NCBI GenBank assembly: GCA_043228905.1
Contig: JBHGNT010000020.1
Coordinates: forward strand, 6,200,001 to 6,264,000
Source: Azolla caroliniana
Lineage: Eukaryota; Plantae; Polypodiophyta
Direction of reading: 5' to 3'
Length of the DNA stretch: 64,000 nt
Position 1 is the stretch's first letter, and every line of letters starts with the position of its first letter. The position numbers and the translations under genes were made by a program. The notes beneath the pieces were generated by a model. The model was given only the letters and a program-made list of their open reading frames with translations, was not told the DNA's origin and did not search any database. Positions 38,063 to 46,911 of the stretch are shown here, piece after piece.

Positions 38063-39293
38063 CCATCCCCCGGTTGTCCTCTGCACTTTGCAGGAATCGT
38101 GGTCGCCAAAATAGTGTTGTCTGCCTGGCCGGACTAGCCTCAACACAGGTGTCTATCCGACACTTCTCCAAAGGGGTGGTAAGGATTGGATGCTAGGTTA
38201 CACGTGTAAGATGATTACAATTAAGCACAGACGGTAAACAATACGAAGATACAGATAAACACGCAATAATTACTATTGTATTCCTTTCGTCCCCCCTTTT
38301 ACAAATCATCGAATCCTTTTATAGGCATCCGGCAAGGTTACAATCAGTGCGCTTAGGCAACCGACATCCGAATCGGTCCGGATCCGGATCGGTACAACTG
38401 TACCGGATCCGTCCCTCCGAATAATAATTCTACTATTATTTCCTTCCTATTATCCGATCCGACTCCGCCTTCCCACTTGTCCTTGCTCTTCTGACCGGCC
38501 AACATATAAAAGTGTTCATTGAACACACATATGTATAGAGTGTGGTGAATAGAGATTGAGTACCCTTTTTTAATATAGTTCTTGTTTTTCCTCTCTCTCT
38601 CTTACTCTCTCTGTCTCTCCCACGTATACTGCGTTGTCGTGCCTTTCGGCTCCGGATCGTTGCGTGAGTCGGGTGGGAACCACAGAGGTCTTGGACTAGG
38701 AGAAAGGAGTTCGTGAGATAGAGATTAATTATGAGTAAATAGCAAAGAGAAAGATAAGAAACTCGTGAATCACACGAGTATACTATATTAATTGGTACTT
38801 AGGGTGTTAAGAGAGAAGTAGATGTATAAATCGTGAATCCCACGAATAATTTTTGTATTGATTAATTCTTAATCCAAAAAAAATCAACAACCCTTTACAT
38901 ATTTCTCTCCTCCTTATATAAGGAAAAAAGAGCTAAGCATGGCTTCATGCTTTTTTTTTTACAAAAAGTGTTCATGTCCCCTAAAAATGTGCATGTGATG
39001 CTTTTTTATTTCCTAAGTATAGGGCTCATGCACGCTAGATGTGCATGAGTTATTTTTAGTGTCTCGTGTTTTTTCTTTTTCATATATTAAAGAAATACAC
39101 GATTTACCTTTTAATAAAGGTATGCATAAATAAAGGTCTTATACATATTAAATCTATATTTAAAACACTTAAGATAAGTTAATGTAATGGTAAGGTTGAG
39201 GTTTGTCAACGTGGAGGTGCAGAGTTCGAATCATGCCCTGCGCAGTAGTGAGTATTTCCTTCTTTTTTACATTTATGTCTCTTTATCCGGCTC

Positions 39294-39425
39294 TTCCTTG
39301 CCGGTATGCCGTTTTCTTCCTTGCCGGTATGCCGTTTTCCTCCTTCGTTTTCCTCCTTGCCGGTATGCCGTTTTTCCTCCTTGCCGGTATGCCGTTTTCC
39401 TCCTTGCCGGTATGCCGTTTTCTTC
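39294..39425. repeat. About 23-bp tandem repeat CCTTGCCGGTATGCCGTTTT x5 in LTR of C (also 45833-45964)
   Basis: Directly visible in both LTRs. Confidence 0.9.
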
Positions 39426-39493
39426 CGGTTCTCACCGAGCACTCCATTCTCTATTCGGAGGGACAAAAATATAATTTCCACATAGTGTGCAAC

Positions 39494-42400
39494 CTACACT
39501 ACGACACTCGCCCCCTCCAAACCCGCACATCCTCCGGTATGTGCCGAAGATCTTGATTCTTCGTATCCGTCTTCATCCAAAGCTTCCCCCGATTCTCCCC
39601 TTATGTCGACTATGAGTTGTAATCCACTTTCTTCGTTTCCCGCATCATTGTGGTCTTCGTCCGATTGCTCCTCGTTGTCGGCCTCGACTTGGATCACATA
39701 AGGTTTGTCGTCGGTCCGCTTCTTGAAAATCTTCACCCGCTTCCCGGCTATAGGCACTCGTAGTATTGTTCCATCCAACTCGGACAGTCGGTACGTCCCG
39801 TTGTCGAAGACCTTCCGAACCTCGTACGGCCCGAACCACCTTTTCGCGAATTTCCGCATCGTTGTATGTTGATGGTCCAAGCTACTATCATAGACGATCA
39901 CCCAATCTCCTTCTTCAATCCTCCTCGGTCGTAGTCGGTGCTTTGTGTCGAACCGGCTTTTGTTCCGGAACCGTGCTTCTTGTTGTCGGCGTGACGCTTC
40001 CGCTACATCTTTCGGTCTTCCCTCCAGTTGTTGTATCCGGACCGCTAGTAGTTCTTCCCGGCTCATCTCTTCCTTCCACGGTAGTATTGTCCATGTCGCA
40101 ATTGCGGTTTCCGTTGGCATTACCGGTGCTTGTCCGGTCATGAGTTCTGCCGGCATGTAACCGGTCACGGAGCTATGCGTCGTCCGATCCGCCCATAGTG
40201 CATACGGAAGCATTTGTGGCCAATCCTTCACCCTTCCGTCGCATGCCTTCGCAAGTGCTTTCACGATCGGACTATGTCCTCGTTCGATCTTCCCGTTGGC
40301 CTCCGGATTGTAGGCCGTTGTCAACGTTAACCGAACTCCATGTTTGGCGAAGAATCCCCTAGCTTTGTCCGAGTCGAGTTCTCCCCGGTCCGCAATCACT
40401 TGTCCTACGCAGCCGTACCTACAAAACACTTCTTCCAAAAGAAATTGGCACACCGCGGCACACGTTTTCCTCCGAAGCGCTCGACCTTCAACTTGGTTTG
40501 TGAGATCTTCTCGAGCTAACACCAAGTATTTCTTTTGTCCAACCCCGGTCGGCATAGCTACAATGTCGACCATCCACTTGAAGTTGATTGTCGGTGAGAA
40601 TGTCGGATGCAGCTCATCTCGGTGTCGGACCCCGGAGTAGACTTGACATTTCTCGCAGCTTTCTGTGAACTCCGCGACATCTTTATACATGTTCTTCCAC
40701 CAATATCTTTGCTTGATTTTCACAAAAGTTGCCCATGTTCCTCGATGTCCAGCCCAATCGGATTCGTGGAACTCGGACATTATCCGGTTTCGTTGCTCTT
40801 TCGTCCCGACTACTCGAAGTGGTATCCCATCCGGTCTTTTCGGCGTCCTCCATATTAAACCGTTTTCCAAGAAGAACTTTTGGACTTGCCTCTTCTTCCT
40901 TCGGATCTCGGCTCTCCTTTCTTTATCATTGGTTGAATCCTCGACCTCTTGTAGCATCTTCCCGATCATCAAGGTTTCCCCTTCGTATTCTTCTTCCCGG
41001 AATTCTCGGATCATGTTCACTCGGCATATGTGTTCTGACGTGAAGTAGTCTTCGGAAACTTCTTCATTATCTGATTCGGTTATGTCGTCTTCAAACCGCG
41101 CCCTCGATAACATGTCCGCTACCGCGTTGTCCTTCCCCGAGATGTGTCGAACCTCCGGATTAAGTGACTTGACATATGCAATCCACCTTAGCATAGCCAC
41201 ATCTGGTATCGTACAACACCGCATCATCCCGAGTATCGGAAGACAATCCGTCTCGATCACCACTTCAGCTCCGATCAAATAATCCCGATCCGATTTTATC
41301 GCCGACACGACTCCCCACAATTCTCTTTTGACTTGTGCATATCCGCGTTGCCTTTCGTTGAGGACCTTTGCTCCAAATCGGATCGAATACCGCGAACCAT
41401 CCGAGTCGGCTTGATTGATGACCCACCCGATACCGGTTGGACTTGTATCAACCGTTACTATGATTGGCCGCTCGTAGCTTGGCTTCTTAAGTGATTCCGC
41501 CCTCCATAGTGTCTTCTTGAGCTTCCTCATGGCTTTAGTGTGTTCCGGTTTCCACTCGAATTTCTTACCTTTCCGCAACAAGTGATAGAGCGGGTCCGCT
41601 ATATGTGCATAGTGCGGAATCCATATGTGATAGAATGCACACGCACCCAGAAACCTTCGGACTTCCGATGTTGACTCACATACTTCCTTCATAGCTTGAA
41701 TCGCATCGACCTTTGTTGGTGACGGTCTTCGGCCGTAGGGTCCACATAGATGTCCGACCACCAATATTTCTTCTTGCCCGAATGCCGATTTCTCCCCGGA
41801 AAGTGTTAGGTGCACATCTTCTAGCTTTCGCAACACTTTCTCGCAATCATGAATATGGTCGACCACGAACTTTCGGCATCCCCGATCATCCATAGTCTCA
41901 TCTTTTTCTTCCACCGCGCATCCTTTCATCGGAATGTCATCTAGAAACGGCATCGTTATCTCCGGGATGCAATCTCGAAGCACCTTGTTCATCGCGTTCA
42001 TCATATGTGCAACCGAGTTTGTCGCTCCTTGTGGTAGTGTGCACATTCGAACTAGTCCTATCGGTGTCCGCATGGTAGTGATGTCTCGGCTCTCCACGGC
42101 TAGTTGGAATTGGTCATACCCCGAGTATAGGTCCCCGATGGAGTATATCGCACGTCCGGCAAAAGCTTCCGCGAATTCGTCCACTATCGGACCGACTCCC
42201 GAGTTCCGGATCGTGACCTTGTTCACCGGTTGCAAGTCTTGGATGAATCGGAGTGACCCATTCTTCTTCGGAATCGTAAACCATCGATTTGAGTACGGAG
42301 CACTTGATGGCTCTAGAATCCCCATCGCCACCTTCTCCTTGAGCAAGTCGATGACTTTCGGAATATGCGCCCGTGGCACCGGAATCGGCTTCAGGTTCCA

Positions 42401-43099
42401 CGGTACATGATCAATCGTGAAAATCACCATCGGCTCCACTATCTTTGGATCAATGCATCCGATCTCCCTCGATGTGAACGCGAATGCTTTGCCGTGTTGC
42501 TCCAACATCTCTCGAAACCGTTTTTCTTCTTCTTGTAAGAGGAACCCACCTCCACCGATCCGAAGTTTCTTCCGGGTCTCATCTGTGAAGGCATGTCCGA
42601 TATCCACGGACTCCCGAAGTGTCGGATCTCCCGAGACTTCTTTCTTCTTTTGTTCGCTATCGGCGGGTAGTGGTCCCGCGGCCGGTTTCACCTTCTTCTC
42701 CACGGTCTTGTATTTTGTACTTACCATTGCTTCTTCTTTGCGGAGCGCATCCGGCCCCATTTTCGCAACGATCTCGTACATCTCGACCGATTCCACCGGG
42801 ACTACCCGGTTCCCTTGGCTTTTATCTTCCGCAAGCTCTTCAAGCCGTTGTAGTGTATTCCCATAGAACACTTCCTCGATCACTCCCACGATTTCTTCGT
42901 CTTCTTTTATTATTGATGCCGACCGTAACTTATCCTCCACTTGTCGGTATTGTTTCTTCATTCCTCCGGTTACGGCCGTGTACGTAGATGCCCCATCCGG
43001 GCCGATTCGTACTTGTTTTGCTCCGAGAGTTTTCTTCCTGTGTGGGGTATCAGGGCTTCTCGGACTATCACTTCCCCACTCCGCAACAGTCCGCTTTAA
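39494..43099 (-). CDS. Element C Pol (RT-RNaseH-IN), likely entered by -1 frameshift
   Basis: Frame open from the slippery site through ATG 42961 to stop 39494; FLDD, VDTS, HHCC, ADRGE, NGKIERGH, WFGPY. Confidence 0.93.
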   Translation of the reverse strand, partial: LKRTVAEWGSDSPRSPDTPHRKKTLGAKQVRIGPDGASTYTAVTGGMKKQYRQVEDKLRSASIIKEDEEIVGVIEEVFYGNTLQRLEELAEDKSQGNRVVPVESVEMYEIVAKMGPDALRKEEAMVSTKYKTVEKKVKPAAGPLPADSEQKKKEVSGDPTLRESVDIGHAFTDETRKKLRIGGGGFLLQEEEKRFREMLEQHGKAFAFTSREIGCIDPKIVEPMVIFTIDHVPWNLKPIPVPRAHIPKVIDLLKEKVAMGILEPSSAPYSNRWFTIPKKNGSLRFIQDLQPVNKVTIRNSGVGPIVDEFAEAFAGRAIYSIGDLYSGYDQFQLAVESRDITTMRTPIGLVRMCTLPQGATNSVAHMMNAMNKVLRDCIPEITMPFLDDIPMKGCAVEEKDETMDDRGCRKFVVDHIHDCEKVLRKLEDVHLTLSGEKSAFGQEEILVVGHLCGPYGRRPSPTKVDAIQAMKEVCESTSEVRRFLGACAFYHIWIPHYAHIADPLYHLLRKGKKFEWKPEHTKAMRKLKKTLWRAESLKKPSYERPIIVTVDTSPTGIGWVINQADSDGSRYSIRFGAKVLNERQRGYAQVKRELWGVVSAIKSDRDYLIGAEVVIETDCLPILGMMRCCTIPDVAMLRWIAYVKSLNPEVRHISGKDNAVADMLSRARFEDDITESDNEEVSEDYFTSEHICRVNMIREFREEEYEGETLMIGKMLQEVEDSTNDKERRAEIRRKKRQVQKFFLENGLIWRTPKRPDGIPLRVVGTKEQRNRIMSEFHESDWAGHRGTWATFVKIKQRYWWKNMYKDVAEFTESCEKCQVYSGVRHRDELHPTFSPTINFKWMVDIVAMPTGVGQKKYLVLAREDLTNQVEGRALRRKTCAAVCQFLLEEVFCRYGCVGQVIADRGELDSDKARGFFAKHGVRLTLTTAYNPEANGKIERGHSPIVKALAKACDGRVKDWPQMLPYALWADRTTHSSVTGYMPAELMTGQAPVMPTETAIATWTILPWKEEMSREELLAVRIQQLEGRPKDVAEASRRQQEARFRNKSRFDTKHRLRPRRIEEGDWVIVYDSSLDHQHTTMRKFAKRWFGPYEVRKVFDNGTYRLSELDGTILRVPIAGKRVKIFKKRTDDKPYVIQVEADNEEQSDEDHNDAGNEESGLQLIVDIRGESGEALDEDGYEESRSSAHTGGCAGLEGASVVV

Positions 43100-43105
43100 A
43101 AATCC
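43042..43105 (-). promoter_or_regulatory. Predicted -1 ribosomal frameshift signal: G GAU UUU plus H-type pseudoknot
   Basis: Slip site 43105-43099; stem 43093-43083 / 43071-43061; loop GTGGGG pairs with CCCCAC 43047-43042. Confidence 0.8.
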
Positions 43106-45135
43106 ATTCTCACTTGGGACAAGAGTTCCCTCTTGTTCCTTTCGTGATTTGCCGGCACCGTTAGGAATTGGACGGATTTCCCTCCGTTTTGGCTCCGAAT
43201 TCGCGCAAAAGCCGCACCACTATCGAGCACCTTCGTCTCCATCCGTGAAGCCGTGATAAAGGGTTGGCCGAGGATGACAGAATGTGAAACCTCATCCTGC
43301 ACAAAGAAATTTTGGTCAATTTCGACATCCCCGATCTTTACCGTCACATCCGGACAAGCCGCAAATAGGTCTTCTGTCGTTTTCGTGGCTGCCCGAATCT
43401 TCCATCCATGGTTGGGGTTTATAGGCCACTTCCCCTTTCGGTAGAACTCCTTGGACATCAAGTTGATCTCCGATCCGTGATCAATCAATGCTAGCACGGG
43501 TTCTTTGATGTTGCCGATTCGGACCTGAGTCTCCGTAGTTGCACGTGCCCAGTGTGGCCTTGTATAGTGGGAGTTCGGAATTTCGCCTTCCACTTCGGTG
43601 TCGTTCATTGAAACGGTATTTGCATTCACCCTTGGAGCATTTTCCTCCGTACTTTGTCTCTTCCTTTTCACGAGATCCACGAGAAGATCGTGAAACTCCT
43701 TCTTCGCTATTCCGAGTAGTTCCCGCAGCGAAAAATCTACCCGGCTATCCAAGATTCTTTCCTCGAACACTCTTTTCAAGTCGGTTTGTTGTTCTATGTC
43801 CGAGGCGAGCTTGAATGCCGGAGTCGCCTTTTCTTTTCCCTTACCTCCGGAGTTCCAGCTTTCCGGTATCTTCGATGGTCCGGCCGCATCCTCCGTGCGC
43901 CGTCGTTTCTCGTCCACATACACCTCATGTAATTGACACAGGGCGTATATGCTATTCTTGTCGACAGGGCACTCCCATCCCGTAGCTTCCCGGACGCCTT
44001 CCGCGGTGTTTCGGATATCGTTGGAGTCGGTTTTCTCGGTGTTTCCTAGCACCTCCGGCCAGAAAGACGCCTTCGCTCCCGATGACTCCCCGACACATAT
44101 TCCCGCGGTTGTCGCATAGTTGCTTCTTGCCGCTAACTCCTCCTCGAGCACCTTCTTCATGCCGCCTTTCCGGAAGTTCGGTCGGAGTGGCTTCCGAGAG
44201 TCCATCGAATGAATCCGGTTTCCCTCGTAGTAGATGAGATCCCGTCGTAGTGCCTCCTTATGGTCGTCGCAATCCCTCCGATCGTGTTCGGCGCTATCGC
44301 ACCATATGCACCGTCGATCCGTATATTTGGAGCTTGTGGGGCGGTCATCCGACTTCTTCACCATCGCGATCTTTAGATTCTCCATCTCCTTCAGCAGCTG
44401 CTCCACCGTAGACGCGTCGACTCCCTTCTCGGCCGTAATCTCCCGAGCCCTCGGTTGATGGTCTTCCAGTCCCGTTCTCGGTTTCGGAATCGGTTCCGAA
44501 ACCCTCTTTTCTTCGTTGGCAAGCCATTGCCCCCTCTTCGTGTACCGCGCGACGATATCCCGCACGCTTTCCCATGTTTCGGTGAGGCCGCTTTCGGTGG
44601 TCGTGTCCTCAAGAAGCACTCCGAGATCTTTCCGGTCCCGGACGTCCACAGCTCGCAAAAACATGATGACTTTGTCCGGTGCAAGAATAGTTTGATCTCT
44701 CGCGGACAACCTCCCGAACCGACTTTCGAATGTCGAAAACACTTCGAGGACCTTCAGCCCCTTACCTGACGTTTCCACCCAATCCTCGAATCCCCTCCGC
44801 GTTGCCTTGGAGGAGTCCTCGATGGCAAACGTGGTCTTTAACGCCTCTTCGAATGCTTCCCACGTCGGATTTTGTTGTTGCAACCCGTGGATACTCCCTT
44901 GAAGCCCGTCGGTCGCCACCCGGTTAAAGGATGTCACTTGCAGTCCTTCCGAAGCCCGGCACCGGAGCATCTCCGCCTTGTAGTCCTGCAAATATCGCGA
45001 CACATCCTTACCATTAAATTGCCTGTTGCGTTGCACGAGCCGCTCTACTGATGCCGAAATCTCCGACATCGTGCGTTGTTCTTGAAGCATTCGTTCGAAC
45101 ATCGCCATCATATTGTTAGCTTGTTGAGCCTCCAT
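43096..45135 (-). CDS. Element C Gag-protease
   Basis: ATG after PBS (MEAQQ); FNGKDVSRYL; CIWCDSAEHDRRDC knuckle; ALIDHGSEINLM and ILGQPF protease motifs. Confidence 0.92.
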   Translation of the reverse strand: MEAQQANNMMAMFERMLQEQRTMSEISASVERLVQRNRQFNGKDVSRYLQDYKAEMLRCRASEGLQVTSFNRVATDGLQGSIHGLQQQNPTWEAFEEALKTTFAIEDSSKATRRGFEDWVETSGKGLKVLEVFSTFESRFGRLSARDQTILAPDKVIMFLRAVDVRDRKDLGVLLEDTTTESGLTETWESVRDIVARYTKRGQWLANEEKRVSEPIPKPRTGLEDHQPRAREITAEKGVDASTVEQLLKEMENLKIAMVKKSDDRPTSSKYTDRRCIWCDSAEHDRRDCDDHKEALRRDLIYYEGNRIHSMDSRKPLRPNFRKGGMKKVLEEELAARSNYATTAGICVGESSGAKASFWPEVLGNTEKTDSNDIRNTAEGVREATGWECPVDKNSIYALCQLHEVYVDEKRRRTEDAAGPSKIPESWNSGGKGKEKATPAFKLASDIEQQTDLKRVFEERILDSRVDFSLRELLGIAKKEFHDLLVDLVKRKRQSTEENAPRVNANTVSMNDTEVEGEIPNSHYTRPHWARATTETQVRIGNIKEPVLALIDHGSEINLMSKEFYRKGKWPINPNHGWKIRAATKTTEDLFAACPDVTVKIGDVEIDQNFFVQDEVSHSVILGQPFITASRMETKVLDSGAAFARIRSQNGGKSVQFLTVPANHERNKRELLSQVRMDF

Positions 45136-45151
45136 CTCCTTGCCACCCGTC

Positions 45152-45169
45152 TTCACGTCGGGTTCACCA
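45152..45169 (-). promoter_or_regulatory. Primer binding site complementary to cytosolic tRNA-Trp 3' end
   Basis: + strand TTCACGTCGGGTTCACCA matches the 3' 18 nt of plant tRNA-Trp(CCA) as I recall it; 4 nt from the LTR. Confidence 0.85.
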
Positions 45170-46188
45170 ACTGTGTCGTGCCTTTCGGCTCCGGATCGTT
45201 GCGTGAGTCGGGTGGGAACCACAGAGGTCTTGGACTAGGAGAAAGGAGTTCGTGAGATAGAGATTAATTATGAGTAAATAGCAAAGAGAAAGATAAGAAA
45301 CTCGTGAATCACACGAGTATACTATATTAATTGGTACTTAGGGTGTTAAGAGAGAAGTAGATGTATAAATCGTGAATCCCACGAATAATTTTTGTATTGA
45401 TTAATTCTTAATCCAAAAAAAATCAACAACCCTTTACATATTTCTCTCCTCCTTATATAAGGAAAAAAGAGCTAAGCATGGCTTCATGCTTTTTTTTTTA
45501 CAAAAAGTGTTCATGTCCCCTAAAAATGTGCATGTGATGCTTTTTTATTTCCTAAGTATAGGGCTCATGCACGCTAGATGTGCATGAGTTATTTTTAGTG
45601 TCTCGTGTTTTTTCTTTTTCATATATTAAAGAAATACACGATTTACCTTTTAATAAAGGTATGCATAAATAAAGGTCTTATACATATTAAATCTATATTT
45701 AAAACACTTAAGATAAGTTAATGTAATGGTAAGGTTGAGGTTTGTCAACGTGGAGGTGCAGAGTTCGAATCATGCCCTGCGCAGTAGTGAGTATTTCCTT
45801 CTTTTTTACATTTATGTCTCTTTATCCGGCTCTTCCTTGCCGGTATGCCGTTTTCTTCCTTGCCGGTATGCCGTTTTCCTCCTTCGTTTTCCTCCTTGCC
45901 GGTATGCCGTTTTTCCTCCTTGCCGGTATGCCGTTTTCCTCCTTGCCGGTATGCCGTTTTCTTCCGGTTCTCACCGAGCACTCCATTCTCTATTCGGAGG
46001 GACAAAAATATAATTTCCACATAGTGTGCAACCTACACTACGACAGCGTAAGCTCAAGCTCTCCATTAAACCTGAGTTTTCTTCCTTCTGTTCGGTCTTC
46101 ATACTTGCTTCCGCACGTTACTTTTTACATTGCCAATAATCTACCAACCGGAGAATGGGCATGCCTCGTAAAATTACTCTCCGACTAC

Positions 46189-46906
46189 TGTTGGGGATTG
46201 TCGGTTTCCAAAACCTTCTCCTCTCGGCCACAACCGAGGAAACACGGATCAATGCAGCAGTAAATCGAAAAACACAGAGAGAGACTCGAATGCACAGGGT
46301 TTAGCGTGGAAAACCCTAGACGGGAAAAACCACGGGAGTGCAAGACTCCAACTATCACTATACGCAGGGAATGTACAATGGCGAGCTGCAAGGCGACGAC
46401 CTTGAGCTCGCTGTCCTCGCCACAGGCGGCGGTATTACACAGAGGCGTCGACCTCTTCCTTTCTCTCTCTCTCACTCTCTCTCTCGGCTGCTCTCACTTC
46501 GCTCCCTCTAAGTGGAAAACAGAAAATGAGCAACAACTACAAAACTGTTTGCCCTAAGTCATATTTATACACATATGACTTTCGGGCTATTTACAAATAT
46601 AGCCTCAAGGGCCCTTGGCAAACATATTCACTAATATGTCCCCGCATCCGGATCTCTCTCCGGGTACATTCGTCATCCGGCTCCGTAGCCGGGGTCTTCA
46701 TCATCCGGATCCGGAACCGGGTCTTCATCATCCGGCTCCGTAGCCGGGGTCTTCATCATCCGGCTCCGTAGCCGGGATCTTCATCATCCGGATCCGGAAC
46801 CGGGTCTTCATCATCCGGCTCCGATTCCGGGTGCTCCTCATTCGGGTCTTCATTCCCGATTCCCGGACATCCAATCATCCCATCCGGAGGGACCGTAATC
46901 CCAACA
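46189..46906 (-). mobile_element. Solo LTR of the Tork family related to 5085-5930
   Basis: TG...CA; TSD ACTAC (46184-46188, 46907-46911); reverse-complement similarity including GGAGCCGGATGATGAAGACCC repeats at about 46670-46830. Confidence 0.95.
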
Positions 46907-46911
46907 ACTAC

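Larger units (their letters stand above)
28611..38504 (-). mobile_element. Non-chromoviral Ty3/gypsy element B, internally rearranged
   Basis: TSD TATAA (28606-28610, 38505-38509); 5' LTR 38115-38504; partial 3' LTR 28611-28786; PBS TGGCGACCACG 38098-38108 (tRNA-Arg type). Confidence 0.94.
38635..46045 (-). mobile_element. Intact, very young atypical Ty3/gypsy element C
   Basis: Two 872-bp LTRs (38635-39506, 45174-46045), TGTCGT...ACGACA, no difference seen; 4-bp TSD GCGT; PPT GGAGGGGGCGAG 39507-39518; two long ORFs. Confidence 0.97.
23991..46129 (+). mobile_element. Bryco copy 2 inserted in gypsy A pol; deletion from 5' LTR into gag; 3' LTR split by two gypsy insertions
   Basis: TSD TTGCC (23986-23990, 46130-46134); 3' LTR pieces 28355-28610, 38510-38634, 46050-46129; PPT 28346-28354. 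Confidence 0.93.

Noticed and set aside
39187-39556. Duplicated small ORFs (also 45726-46263)
   Set aside because: They arise from the LTR tandem repeat; identity reflects LTR duplication
45152-45169. tRNA-Trp gene
   Set aside because: Only the 3' 18 nt including CCA, adjacent to an LTR, so it is a primer binding site
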